A stretch of DNA of 64,000 nt from a virus (IMGVR_UViG_2974619995_000001:6367-70366); one strand, 5' to 3'. Numbered from the stretch's first letter, positions 19,143-27,288 are shown. Program-made: numbers and translations. The notes: a model not told the origin generated them from the sequence alone.

Positions 19143-19435
19143 TTCAGATCCTTTTCATTAATTAGAATATCAGTAAACAGTGGAGTAAATCCTAGACTCA
19201 TAGTGGGTCCAAAGGTTTTCATAGCTATCCATAACTGCATAGTAATCATCCCATCTTTAATCTCTGGATCTTTATACTCCCCAATACGTTTCTTGGCAAA
19301 AGAAACTATATCTGGATTATTTTTATTTTCCTGAATATAGTCATGCCAAAACTGGGTATTCTCACTACGTAGGAATGTTAAAATATCCTTAGTTGCTGGA
19401 ATCTGCACCGTGCTGTTGATGTTTAGCCTTTTCAC
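19139..19435 (-). CDS. hypothetical protein (98 aa)
   Basis: ORF. Confidence 0.5.
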   Translation of the reverse strand: MKRLNINSTVQIPATKDILTFLRSENTQFWHDYIQENKNNPDIVSFAKKRIGEYKDPEIKDGMITMQLWIAMKTFGPTMSLGFTPLFTDILINEKDLK

Positions 19436-19832
19436 GTTCTTCTCTCCGACGTTTACATTCTTTCATCATATGAGCGGCTACAACTTCGTGGTAGTAGTCA
19501 TTAATGTTATCTTCTGGCAAGAAATGCTTGATAGTCTCTAGCTGACAAATAACTCGATGAAGATGGTTATTTGGTAGACACAATTTTATACCTGAAACAA
19601 ATCCAGAGAAGCCTGGAACACTGAACATGGGTTGGGCTTCTACTCTACCTTCAGAGTTGATATTAAGCTCAATTGAGATACCCATTTTCATGCTATAAAG
19701 CTGGCAATATTCTCCATTACCAGACCTTGACCAAACAGTGAAGTCCTCATCAATTTGATCTTGGATTTCTGTAATTGCAAATTTAATTCTAGGGTCTAAA
19801 TTATTCATCTTCACCTTCAAAGTCGCAATCAT
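19389..19832 (-). CDS. hypothetical protein (147 aa)
   Basis: ORF. Confidence 0.5.
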   Translation of the reverse strand: MIATLKVKMNNLDPRIKFAITEIQDQIDEDFTVWSRSGNGEYCQLYSMKMGISIELNINSEGRVEAQPMFSVPGFSGFVSGIKLCLPNNHLHRVICQLETIKHFLPEDNINDYYHEVVAAHMMKECKRRREEREKAKHQQHGADSSN

Positions 19833-20166
19833 AACGACAAGTAAAAGAACTAGAGCTATTAGTACGTTGAGTAGTTATTTCACCATGTTTACTAATAGTA
19901 ACAGCTGGAGTAGAGAAGTTTTTATTAGTATATATTTCTACTTTACCATTACGTTCCTTAACATCACGAACTTTACCATACTCGGTAATAATGCCATTCT
20001 GTTGAACTTTAACATTACCATTTTTCATAGAAACTTTGGTAGATGCCAGAGAACCGAAACTAACTGTGGAGATCATCAGTGCAATAATAAACTTATTCAT
20101 CTTCATCCTCCCCACTACAATCACGACATACATCATAATCGTTGAAAGAACGTTCGTGAGCTTCAC
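19801..20166 (-). CDS. secreted protein with signal peptide, acidic Cys tail (121 aa)
   Basis: signal peptide; C-terminal CRYDCDFEGEDE. Confidence 0.5.
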   Translation of the reverse strand: MKLTNVLSTIMMYVVIVVGRMKMNKFIIALMISTVSFGSLASTKVSMKNGNVKVQQNGIITEYGKVRDVKERNGKVEIYTNKNFSTPAVTISKHGEITTQRTNSSSSFTCRYDCDFEGEDE

Positions 20167-20374
20167 ACCACCAAGAACAAGAATCGCAGAGGAACATTTC
20201 GGTTTTCTCCAGTGCTTGACCTAAAAGATCATCAGCTTCCTCAGCAGTAATCTTCAATCCGCACACATCTGCCACACGTTCTTTAATTAAACGACCTGCT
20301 TCGGGGTAAGACATACAGGTTCCCGCAACATCATGTTCAAGAACATGAACAGCACAGTCTAGGCGATTTTTCAT
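20093..20374 (-). CDS. Cys-rich acidic protein (93 aa)
   Basis: C-terminal CRDCSGEDEDE resembles tail of 19801..20166. Confidence 0.5.
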   Translation of the reverse strand: MKNRLDCAVHVLEHDVAGTCMSYPEAGRLIKERVADVCGLKITAEEADDLLGQALEKTEMFLCDSCSWWCEAHERSFNDYDVCRDCSGEDEDE

Positions 20375-20404
20375 TTCAAACCTCTCTCATCAATTTATAA
20401 ATAT

Positions 20405-20433
20405 ATTATATCAAGAAAAGAGAGGTTTAGCAA
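20405..20433 (-). promoter_or_regulatory. T5-type early promoter (TTGCTA / 17 / TATAAT)
   Basis: read directly. Confidence 0.6.
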
Positions 20434-20450
20434 ATGAATTATTTCAGAAT

Positions 20451-20801
20451 TTAGTAGTCATAGCACCACCATAATCCACGCTTACGCATGTCATGATCGC
20501 GATTATAGTCGTAATTTTCTGGATCTTTCATCACGCGGTGGAGTTCTTGACGATTCCCTTGACGAACCATTTTATTAGAATGCCACTTAACATTCTTACT
20601 AATAGAATTCCAGTTATAACCATCCTTTTTCTCATTACGAATGGTTGCTTCCTTCATTTCCTGTTCTACATCATCCCAGGATTTAGCATAAATAACACGA
20701 ATCCAGTAGCCATTTTCTTTAAGGAAAGAATATTCTTGAGAGAATTGTTCTTTAGACTTCCACCACTGATCACCAGATTGTTTACGATAAGTACGGCTCA
20801 T
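20451..20801 (-). CDS. hypothetical protein (116 aa)
   Basis: ORF. Confidence 0.5.
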   Translation of the reverse strand: MSRTYRKQSGDQWWKSKEQFSQEYSFLKENGYWIRVIYAKSWDDVEQEMKEATIRNEKKDGYNWNSISKNVKWHSNKMVRQGNRQELHRVMKDPENYDYNRDHDMRKRGLWWCYDY

Positions 20802-20922
20802 ATTACCTCCATTAAGTCTTTTAAATTAACCTAATGTGGATGAATTTTATTATACATAAATTATTTACCTATATACAGAAAAACCCCAGACTACTTATTC
20901 AATAGCTGGGGTTTGTTATTAA

Positions 20923-21237
20923 TCACAGATCTGGGCGTTCATCTTCGAAACAGCCTGAGCTGATTCCTTCTCCGAATCCTACAAAGCCATCAAATTCATC
21001 ATTTGAGATGCCCATAATCATTGCTTCCATTTTTCTAATCTCCGAAATTTTCATGCCTGCTTTACTATTCTTATAGTATTTGCGAGGGTTCCCACACATC
21101 CAACAAGAACAGATGCAAGGAGTAGTAGTGATAATACCTAACCGCTTAGGGCTTTCTTCATGTGGGAAGACTGTCCAATACTTCCTGCGGTTGTTCTTCA
21201 CACGTTGCCGGTGATGGCGTCTTAATGCTCGATCCAC
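20923..21237 (-). CDS. Cys-rich hypothetical protein (104 aa)
   Basis: CICSCWMCGNP motif. Confidence 0.5.
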   Translation of the reverse strand: MDRALRRHHRQRVKNNRRKYWTVFPHEESPKRLGIITTTPCICSCWMCGNPRKYYKNSKAGMKISEIRKMEAMIMGISNDEFDGFVGFGEGISSGCFEDERPDL

Positions 21238-21318
21238 ACATTTCTCCTAAAACTTGGGAGATAAATGGAGTTTGCTCGACTACCTCACGTAGTTCGGAGA
21301 AATCGTACCCAAACCCCA

Positions 21319-21687
21319 TTACATCGCCTGAGTAAATGTACGACTAATAACGTCGTTCTGTTGTTCACGCGTCAGTGCATTAAAACGTACAGCGTATCCT
21401 GAAACACGGATAGTTAATTGAGGGTATTTTTCAGGATGTTTCTGTGCATCCAAAAGCTGATCACGACTTAACACATTGACATTTAGGTGTTGACCACCTT
21501 CAATTTGAGGGGCGACTTCCACTTTGACTTCACGGAAGGCTTCGGGATCGAATTGTGGTGTGATACCTTCTAGATCTTCAACTAGAACTTTCTGTTTAAG
21601 TTCACCGTTGTCGGAGTATAGCTGAATAATCTGATTTTCATGAACAAGGTTAATTACGCCAGATTTAATATTTTGATACGCTTTCAT
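21319..21687 (-). CDS. grcA: autonomous glycyl-radical cofactor GrcA/YfiD-like protein (122 aa)
   Basis: C-terminal [20 protein letters not shown] and [10 protein letters not shown] are near-identical to E. coli GrcA/PFL glycyl-radical domain. Confidence 0.8.
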   Translation of the reverse strand: MKAYQNIKSGVINLVHENQIIQLYSDNGELKQKVLVEDLEGITPQFDPEAFREVKVEVAPQIEGGQHLNVNVLSRDQLLDAQKHPEKYPQLTIRVSGYAVRFNALTREQQNDVISRTFTQAM

Positions 21688-22060
21688 TAGATCTCCCCGA
21701 TGTTAGAATTTGGCTCAGCTTTTTGTTAACCCAGAAGCAAGATAAAAACTGGGAGGCAGGCTTGCTTATTATCTAATCACTAGCTACTGTTGGGGTGCTA
21801 GCATTCCGGTGAGATTGATGGTCTCGATTAGATAAATAAGCACTGGAACTTTGATTTTAACGTTGCGATCTTCCAGGTCTGTTGCAACTACGTGATTGCT
21901 CACGCTAAGACAATGGCTATCTAAAGTCCTAGCTTCTACATTTATACTCCTGGATAGCATGGAGTTGCAGTCTACTTCCTGCTGTCACGCCCGGCCATTT
22001 ATAGAATGTGGACTCTCTTCTCAGCAGGATCTGGTACAATGACCTGATCCTCTGTTTAGT

Positions 22061-22132
22061 AGTTAGTAGTGGATTTGAACCACTGTAGTCACTCCGTATG
22101 AAGGAGGTGCATAACCACTCTGCCAACTAACT
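22061..22132 (-). tRNA. tRNA-Met/Ile2-like (anticodon CAU), no encoded CCA
   Basis: manual cloverleaf: acceptor AGTTAGT/ACTAACT, T-arm AGTGG-TTCAAAT-CCACT, loop TTCATAC. Confidence 0.55.
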
Positions 22133-22138
22133 ATAATT

Positions 22139-22214
22139 TGGTACTCCGACTTGGGATCGAACCAAGATTTGACGATTATCGGTCGCCTGTTCTAACCGTT
22201 TGAACTATCGGAGC
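22139..22214 (-). tRNA. tRNA-Ile (GAU)
   Basis: manual fold: T-arm CTTGG-TTCGATC-CCAAG, anticodon loop CCGATAA, CCA encoded. Confidence 0.7.
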
Positions 22215-22215
22215 A

Positions 22216-22509
22216 TTACATCATTTCGTCTAAGTAAGAGATATACTGGTATTTAGCTTCTCCAGTTTTATCTACTTCGACTTCTGTTCTAGGTACTTTT
22301 CGTACCAGACCATGAATCATCTTATAGTTAATAGACTTAGATGGTTCGTGATCTTTTGGAAATACTTGCTTAACCGTTACTACCTTGAAACCCTCACGCG
22401 GTGTTAACACTACTACTTGATCACCTTCTTTGATCTTCCAAGAGCTAGGAAATTCATAGGTATAGCGTTGACCACCAGTTTGGAACACAACAGAAAGATA
22501 ACGTTTCAT
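22216..22509 (-). CDS. hypothetical protein (97 aa)
   Basis: ORF with promoter upstream. Confidence 0.5.
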   Translation of the reverse strand: MKRYLSVVFQTGGQRYTYEFPSSWKIKEGDQVVVLTPREGFKVVTVKQVFPKDHEPSKSINYKMIHGLVRKVPRTEVEVDKTGEAKYQYISYLDEMM

Positions 22510-22539
22510 TTGGTTTCCCTCTCATTAATTTATATAAAT

Positions 22540-22568
22540 ATTATAACAATAAATAAGAGAGAAAGCAA
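22540..22568 (-). promoter_or_regulatory. T5-type early promoter (TTGCTT / 17 / TATAAT)
   Basis: read directly. Confidence 0.6.
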
Positions 22569-22583
22569 ATGAATTTTTAAATT

Positions 22584-22658
22584 TGGTGCTCCCACCAGGA
22601 ATCGAACCCGGTTCAGATGCTTACAAGGCAACTGCATCGCCAGCAATGCTTTAGGAGC
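22584..22658 (-). tRNA. tRNA-Thr (UGU)
   Basis: acceptor GCTCCTA/TGGGAGC, D-stem GCAT/ATGC, loop CTTGTAA, CCA encoded. Confidence 0.7.
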
Positions 22659-22668
22659 AATAAACCCG

Positions 22669-22878
22669 TTATTTCAACGGGATTTCTTTTTCAAATATAG
22701 GGGGCTTATCAGACATTACTGTCATAGCCAACTGCTGTAAGAATTCGAAGGAGAGTTTTAAACGTTCTTCTCCTAACTCAACCTCAACGCACTTCATTTG
22801 TTTATCGATCTTGACTTTTAGGTTATCAGCCATTAGAGAGTACATTACTGGTAGTTGGCAATATTGCAGATGAAGCAA
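22669..22878 (-). CDS. hypothetical protein (69 aa)
   Basis: ORF. Confidence 0.4.
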   Translation of the reverse strand: MLHLQYCQLPVMYSLMADNLKVKIDKQMKCVEVELGEERLKLSFEFLQQLAMTVMSDKPPIFEKEIPLK

Positions 22879-23077
22879 CAGTGTTTAAATGCTTTCTCCA
22901 GTCTAGGTTAAATTGTTTTCGAAACTCTTCATAAGGTTCTTCTGGATAAAAGCTAAAACCTCCTTTCTCATCATTCAAGATAACAGAGCCGTCAGTTTGT
23001 TCGTATGCTCGGTATGTTTCTCCAATAACAATAACTCGTTTATCTGTACTTTTATCACGAAACTCAAAAACGTGCAT
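22826..23077 (-). CDS. hypothetical protein (83 aa)
   Basis: ORF. Confidence 0.45.
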   Translation of the reverse strand: MHVFEFRDKSTDKRVIVIGETYRAYEQTDGSVILNDEKGGFSFYPEEPYEEFRKQFNLDWRKHLNTVASSAILPTTSNVLSNG

Positions 23078-23093
23078 AATGTTTCCTTAAAGT

Positions 23094-23169
23094 TGGAGCG
23101 GCTAGAGGGAATCGAACCCTACTCAGCGAGGCTTGGAAGGCCTGCGACACAACCCGTGTGCTTAACCGC
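23094..23169 (-). tRNA. tRNA-Gly (UCC)
   Basis: acceptor GCGGTTA/TAGCCGC, loop CTTCCAA, T-loop TTCGATT, CCA encoded; stems carry mismatches. Confidence 0.6.
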
Positions 23170-23177
23170 TTATTGTT

Positions 23178-23253
23178 TGGCTGGAGAAGGAGGAATCGAA
23201 CCTACCATTAACGGAGTCAAAGGCCGTTGTGCTAACCGTTACACTACTCTCCA
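23178..23253 (-). tRNA. tRNA-Gln (UUG)
   Basis: acceptor TGGAGAG/TTCTCCA, D-stem GTGT/GCAC, loop CTTTGAC. Confidence 0.65.
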
Positions 23254-23259
23254 ATTGTT

Positions 23260-23335
23260 TGGCTGGAGTGCCTGGGATCGAACCAGGAACCTTCGGAGTC
23301 AGAGGCCGACGATCTGCCAATTGATCTACACTCCA
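23260..23335 (-). tRNA. tRNA-Gln (CUG)
   Basis: acceptor TGGAGTG/CACTCCA, D GATC/GATC, loop CTCTGAC, T CCTGG/CCAGG. Confidence 0.7.
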
Positions 23336-23343
23336 ATAATTCT

Positions 23344-23544
23344 TCACTCTACAGGGACCGTGGCGATTGGTTCTGGATCTTCTAAACGTTTGCCTTCATG
23401 ATCTACTCGAATAACTCCGCATCCTTCGCAAATCACAACAGCACCGTAGCCTTCTTTAACTTCAGCTTCTGTAATCAAACCAGAAAGATCACCAGTATCT
23501 TTACCCCACATATCAATGGAGCATTGTTTGCAGAAATCAGCCAT
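23344..23544 (-). CDS. small Cys-rich protein (66 aa)
   Basis: ORF, CxxC...CxxC. Confidence 0.45.
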   Translation of the reverse strand: MADFCKQCSIDMWGKDTGDLSGLITEAEVKEGYGAVVICEGCGVIRVDHEGKRLEDPEPIATVPVE

Positions 23545-23569
23545 ATTTTATTTCCTATTTAAGTTAATT

Positions 23570-23646
23570 TGGGGTGGCTAGTGGAATTCGAATCCACATA
23601 GGCCTGATTCACAATCAGGATCATTAACCAATTATGATATAGCCAC
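23570..23646 (-). tRNA. tRNA-His (GUG)
   Basis: perfect cloverleaf: GTGGCTA/TAGCCAC, TCAT/ATGA, CCTGA-TTGTGAA-TCAGG, GTGGA-TTCGAAT-TCCAC. Confidence 0.8.
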
Positions 23647-23874
23647 AATTGAAAACTCGCAGGGTTAGCGAAACCTTCCTCAATTAGCATGTTCTAGAAT
23701 ACTAATCAAGTTATCTCCTATTGCACGCAGCTCAAGACGAGTACGAATTTTCAATTGTGGCGGCTCTCCAAAACTCTTCTACTCTAGCCTTAGCAGCTTA
23801 CTCCCGAACGCATGTCGGGGAAGTCTTACTAAGAGCTTCGAATAGCACCGTTACACTTTGAGCCATTGATGTAT

Positions 23875-23945
23875 CAAGAAGCAGAAGGACTTGAACCTTC
23901 ACGAGATAGACCATTTATCTCAGCCGCTTTATGAGGTATGTTGCA
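23875..23945 (-). ncRNA. tRNA-like element (canonical T-arm GAAGG-TTCAAGT-CCTTC) without a foldable acceptor stem
   Basis: T-arm clear; no 5' partner for 3' strand TGCTTCT found. Confidence 0.3.
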
Positions 23946-24015
23946 GGGAGTGGATGTTCCCTATAAACCTTTTAGGCAGCCCCGTCTACCGATTCCGGCA
24001 TACTTCAAGAATTAT

Positions 24016-24219
24016 TTAAAACTTGTAACCTTCAGGAACCTTATCTTTAACACCGTCATATTTAGCCTGAATGTAGTAGTCAGGTACATGATCTTTCGGC
24101 AGATTCTTATTAGTATCATGAACTTCAGCTCTAGCTTCCTCTTCAGAATCAAAACCACGATACCAGATTTCACCACCCCAGCCACGCTCGCTTTCGGTAT
24201 ACTTAACAATGTGTTTCAT
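24016..24219 (-). CDS. hypothetical protein (67 aa)
   Basis: ORF. Confidence 0.45.
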   Translation of the reverse strand: MKHIVKYTESERGWGGEIWYRGFDSEEEARAEVHDTNKNLPKDHVPDYYIQAKYDGVKDKVPEGYKF

Positions 24220-24237
24220 AAGGTTTTCCTTATTAGT

Positions 24238-24332
24238 TGGAGGTAGGTAAGGGGATCGAACCCTTACACCGTATCACTACGATCAACCGATTTCAAGTCG
24301 GAGTCCAGCGCCAGCCATTGGATTGACCTACC
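24238..24332 (-). tRNA. tRNA-Ser (UGA), type II
   Basis: 95 nt; acceptor GGTAGGT/ACCTACC, loop CTTGAAA, variable-arm hairpin CGTA-GTGA-TACG. Confidence 0.7.
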
Positions 24333-24344
24333 ATATAAATTGTT

Positions 24345-24435
24345 TGGAGGAAGAGGAGAGATTTGAACTCTCAAGCCGTTTTACCAGTCAGCCACTTTCC
24401 AAGCGGTTTTCGTCGCCAATTCGATTTGCTCTTCC
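24345..24435 (-). tRNA. tRNA-Ser (GGA), type II
   Basis: 91 nt; acceptor GGAAGAG/CTCTTCC, T-arm GAGAG-TTCAAAT-CTCTC, loop TTGGAAA. Confidence 0.65.
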
Positions 24436-24454
24436 AATAATAAGATGATGCCTC

Positions 24455-24545
24455 TATCACACCAGGCAGTTACGCCTCGCTGGGATTCGAACCCATTAAA
24501 ACAGCTCAACCGAGATAGTAGGTTTAATTTACTCTGACCATCAAA
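24455..24545 (-). ncRNA. tRNA-like fragment (T-arm TGGG-TTCGAAT-CCCA) lacking acceptor pairing
   Basis: T-arm read directly; no cloverleaf obtainable. Confidence 0.25.
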
Positions 24546-24547
24546 TT

Positions 24548-24632
24548 TGGTGCTTGCGGAGGGACTCGAACCCACACGAATTAACACGAACTCCTAAGGA
24601 TCGCGCGTCTACCAATTACGCCACGCAAGCAA
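24548..24632 (-). tRNA. tRNA-Leu (UAG), type II
   Basis: 85 nt; acceptor GCTTGCG/CGCAAGC, D GCGT/ACGC, loop CTTAGGA, CCA encoded. Confidence 0.6.
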
Positions 24633-25116
24633 TTAATTCTTCAAGTGGAGCATGAACCCACTCATTATTTCTAGATGAAAAAGAACTTAGGATTTCTTTT
24701 TCTTTGAGTTCATAATTATCTACTAGTTTATAGTACTCTAATACATAGTCTCGAAAAGGGGAATATGTTTGATAGGTATTTAATCTAGTTTCAGCATCTT
24801 TGGCTGCTCCTACTTTAAACCAGCCTGGAAAAGCTGGGTTAGATATTATATAAATATATCCCAGCTTATTATTTATATTATTGATATAACAATAAAGCTG
24901 TACTACTCTTAGGGATCTTTGATAGCTATGCTCTAGTCTCTTTTGATATGTATTTGACTTCTTATCCTTACTAGGATTGGCCTTTCTAACTATATACCCA
25001 TTATACCATAGAGCTATTTGCATGTAATTACTAGGGGTTACATCTAGTTTGTTATTGTGGAGGAATATTTCTAACTCATTTAAGTTATCTTTTCTCCCAT
25101 TTTTAGCTACCTTCAT
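24616..25116 (-). CDS. T5orf172-domain (GIY-YIG-superfamily-like) protein (166 aa)
   Basis: motif GYIYIISNPAFPGWFKVG...RLNTYQTYSPFRDY shared with two paralogs; ORF runs 17 nt into tRNA-Leu 5' end, stop TAA lies in the tRNA D-loop. Confidence 0.6.
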   Translation of the reverse strand: MKVAKNGRKDNLNELEIFLHNNKLDVTPSNYMQIALWYNGYIVRKANPSKDKKSNTYQKRLEHSYQRSLRVVQLYCYINNINNKLGYIYIISNPAFPGWFKVGAAKDAETRLNTYQTYSPFRDYVLEYYKLVDNYELKEKEILSSFSSRNNEWVHAPLEELIACVA

Positions 25117-25134
25117 ACTACGTACCCTTTAATT

Positions 25135-25209
25135 TGGTGGACAAAGAGGGACTCGAACCCTCCCTACCAGATTGCAAGTCTGGTGTGCTCCCACTGACAC
25201 TATTCGCCC
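25135..25209 (-). tRNA. tRNA-Ala (UGC)
   Basis: acceptor GGGCGAA/TTTGTCC, D GTGT/GCAC, CCAGA-CTTGCAA-TCTGG, CCA encoded. Confidence 0.7.
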
Positions 25210-25214
25210 AAATT

Positions 25215-25447
25215 CTTTAGTTTACTAAGGCTATTAGCTCGGCGTAACTACAGCACCTTCGCTTCGAGCGGAAGGAACTACGTCATCTCGCAAACCCAAT
25301 ACACTATTCAGTTGCCGCTGAATCTAGTGGACTAATCTAGAACTTCTCCCGAATCGTAGGGATCGTGCTTTTTGGCAGCCAGTCCTAGATCGAGCTAATA
25401 CCTTAGTGAACTATGATGAGGATTTCTCCTCATCAATTTATATAAAT
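25215..25447 (-). ncRNA. candidate promoter-driven non-coding RNA / tRNA-Ala leader (about 230 nt, hairpins, no ORF)
   Basis: consensus early promoter at 25448-25476 points into this ORF-free segment; hairpins CCTTCGC-TTCGA-GCGGAAGG and TGATGAGGA-TTTC-TCCTCATCA. Confidence 0.35.
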
Positions 25448-25476
25448 ATTATAACAAGAAATTAAGCACCAAGCAA
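25448..25476 (-). promoter_or_regulatory. T5-type early promoter (TTGCTT / 17 / TATAAT) with no downstream CDS
   Basis: read directly. Confidence 0.6.
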
Positions 25477-25494
25477 CTGCATTTTTCTTGAAAT

Positions 25495-25573
25495 TGGTAG
25501 ATCGCCTGGGACTCGAACCCAGAACCTTCCGATTAAAAGTCGGATGCTACTAAACCTATTGAGCTAGCGATCT
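25495..25573 (-). tRNA. tRNA-Lys (UUU)
   Basis: acceptor AGATCGC/GCGATCT, TCCGA-CTTTTAA-TCGGA, T CTGGG/CCCAG, CCA encoded. Confidence 0.7.
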
Positions 25574-25574
25574 A

Positions 25575-25742
25575 TTAGTAACCATTATATACTTCTTTAA
25601 TAGAGTGAACTTTCAAGTAAGGGTGATTAATCCCAAACTCCGCCATTACTTCTTTCTCATCTTTTCCATAATGAGCAAGTAAGGATTTTGAGGTATTCTT
25701 ACCTAAACGTTTGTCACTTACTACTAATCGAAATACTTTCAT
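25575..25742 (-). CDS. small protein (55 aa), absent from ORF track
   Basis: ATG with RBS AGAGGA; MKVFRLVVSDKRLGKNTSKSLLAHYGKDEKEVMAEFGINHPYLKVHSIKEVYNGY. Confidence 0.4.
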   Translation of the reverse strand: MKVFRLVVSDKRLGKNTSKSLLAHYGKDEKEVMAEFGINHPYLKVHSIKEVYNGY

Positions 25743-25762
25743 TTCGAAATCCTCTATTAAAA

Positions 25763-25840
25763 TGGAAGCGGGTGCAGGAATCGAACCTACCTCTTTCTAG
25801 CTTATGAGACTAGCGATCTCTACCAGAGATCTAACCCGCA
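25763..25840 (-). tRNA. tRNA-Met (CAU)
   Basis: D GATC/GATC, CTAGT-CTCATAA-GCTAG, T-loop TTCGATT, CCA encoded. Confidence 0.65.
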
Positions 25841-25846
25841 GTTGTT

Positions 25847-25924
25847 TGGTCTCCGTGGGAGGATTTGAACCCCCGACCCTATCGCCCCAAACGAAACGCT
25901 CTGGCCAAACTGAGCTACACGGAG
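25847..25924 (-). tRNA. tRNA-Pro (UGG)
   Basis: acceptor CTCCGTG/CACGGAG, D GCTC/GAGC, loop TTTGGGG, T GGGGG/CCTCC. Confidence 0.65.
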
Positions 25925-25928
25925 AATA

Positions 25929-26087
25929 TTATTTCTTCAACCACAACAAAGATAAGCCAAGCATACTAAAGCCGCTAACTAATCCGATACATTTTTCTTC
26001 TATAGTAAAAGTATCTAGATTAAATGCTGTTATAGCTATTGGCATACACCATAATGCCATAAAAACTTGGGCTATCTTGTGTTTCAT
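25929..26087 (-). CDS. small membrane protein (52 aa), absent from ORF track
   Basis: ATG downstream of promoter 26120-26148; MKHKIAQVFMALWCMPIAITAFNLDTFTIEEKCIGLVSGFSMLGLSLLWLKK. Confidence 0.4.
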   Translation of the reverse strand: MKHKIAQVFMALWCMPIAITAFNLDTFTIEEKCIGLVSGFSMLGLSLLWLKK

Positions 26088-26119
26088 TTTGCTTTCCTTC
26101 TCTTCACTTTATAAAATAT

Positions 26120-26148
26120 ATTATACAGATAATAAAGCAGAATAGCAA
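26120..26148 (-). promoter_or_regulatory. T5-type early promoter (TTGCTA / 17 / TATAAT)
   Basis: read directly. Confidence 0.6.
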
Positions 26149-26296
26149 ATGAATTTTTAATAAATTTACTTATTGTGTAGGCCACCTGGAGGCTACCAAC
26201 CCCACGGCTGACAAAGAAGTTTGCGAGACCTCTCTTAAATGCCAGAATAGACCCGCCGATCTATCGGAACCTACATAATAAGTAAACTTTATAGTG

Positions 26297-26419
26297 TCAT
26301 TCTAGACAGGACTCGAACCTGTTATCACTTGTGCGGACTTACGAGAACCATTCTTTCACTCGAATCGAACGAGCTTCTGCCCTCGCCAAGCTGGTTTCCC
26401 CATCAACCACGCTAGAATG
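26297..26419 (-). ncRNA. unusual 123-nt tRNA-like element with 7-bp terminal acceptor-like pairing and two TpsiC-type hairpins
   Basis: ATTCTAG...CTAGAAT ends; D-arm TGGT/ACCA; hairpins GCTCG-TTCGATT-CGAGT and ACAGG-TTCGAGT-CCTGT; no canonical 7-nt anticodon loop. Confidence 0.35.
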
Positions 26420-26540
26420 TTTGATTGTTTTCAGTGCAAGAGTCCGAGTCTTGGACACGACCGCTTTGCAAGTACATAGGCAGCTTATCATGAGTAAGCA
26501 CTTCCGAATTGCTAGCTCCGTGTTCTGCACTGAAATTTTA

Positions 26541-26888
26541 TTAGTTTAACCGTAAAATATTATCTACTTCACCATTAATTGTTCGGCATTCCTCTGGAAT
26601 TGCTGGAGTAGCCTTGTATTCCCACCACTCAGCACCATCGTATTCACCACGTTCTAACCAAGTTCCATCGGCAAACCATACATTACCATAAAGTAGTTGT
26701 CCACCATAACCAGAATCATACTCAAAGTCTAGGTTATTAAGAAAATCCCCAATATCTTCTTCTGTATACCCCAGAGGTAATACCCAAACTTTTTTGTCCC
26801 CATAATACCCGAATTCTATTTTAATACACTTAACTTCAGAATTAGTATTTTTTAAGGCAAGTAACAACTCTTCTTTAGCATTACGCAT
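26541..26888 (-). CDS. hypothetical protein (115 aa)
   Basis: ORF. Confidence 0.5.
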   Translation of the reverse strand: MRNAKEELLLALKNTNSEVKCIKIEFGYYGDKKVWVLPLGYTEEDIGDFLNNLDFEYDSGYGGQLLYGNVWFADGTWLERGEYDGAEWWEYKATPAIPEECRTINGEVDNILRLN

Positions 26889-26914
26889 AGTATATTTCTC
26901 ATGCTAGTTTAATT

Positions 26915-26991
26915 TGGCGCGACCGATGGGATTTGAACCCACATTTCCTCCCGTGACAGGGGAGTACCATTACCAAGCCAGCCCCGGTCGC
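26915..26991 (-). tRNA. tRNA-Asp (GUC)
   Basis: acceptor GCGACCG/CGGTCGC, CTCCC-CTGTCAC-GGGAG, T-loop TTCAAAT, CCA encoded. Confidence 0.75.
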
Positions 26992-27000
26992 ATAATTCAT

Positions 27001-27186
27001 TTACTCAGCTTTGAGTTTTTCAATAGCTGCATTAAGTTCTTTAAGAAACTCTTTTCGTACATTAAGACGGTTGAGACTTACTAGTATATCATGCTTAAGT
27101 TCTTCGATGTATTTCTTCTCAACTTCAATATTGTTGATAGTGCTATCACGATGAACTTCTAGCTGCGCAATTACATTCTTGGACAT
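27001..27186 (-). CDS. small coiled-coil protein (61 aa)
   Basis: ORF. Confidence 0.4.
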   Translation of the reverse strand: MSKNVIAQLEVHRDSTINNIEVEKKYIEELKHDILVSLNRLNVRKEFLKELNAAIEKLKAE

Positions 27187-27288
27187 GCTTGTTTCCTCAG
27201 TTATTAATGAAAATGGTATCTGTGGCTGAATTCGATGTCAGCAATGATAGCTGGTTGGCTACCGGTTTACTTAACTCTACACAGAATT

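Noticed and set aside
21929-22126. 65-aa minus ORF overlapping the tRNA-Met-like gene
   Set aside because: Overlaps a tRNA and has no RBS or promoter logic.
22913-23401. 162-aa plus ORF spanning three tRNA genes
   Set aside because: Runs antisense across the tRNA-Gly, Gln and Gln structures; an artefact of stop-poor tRNA sequence.
25804-26145. 113-aa plus ORF over tRNA-Met/Pro and the small minus-strand ORF
   Set aside because: Antisense to two tRNAs and to a promoter-driven small gene; no RBS.
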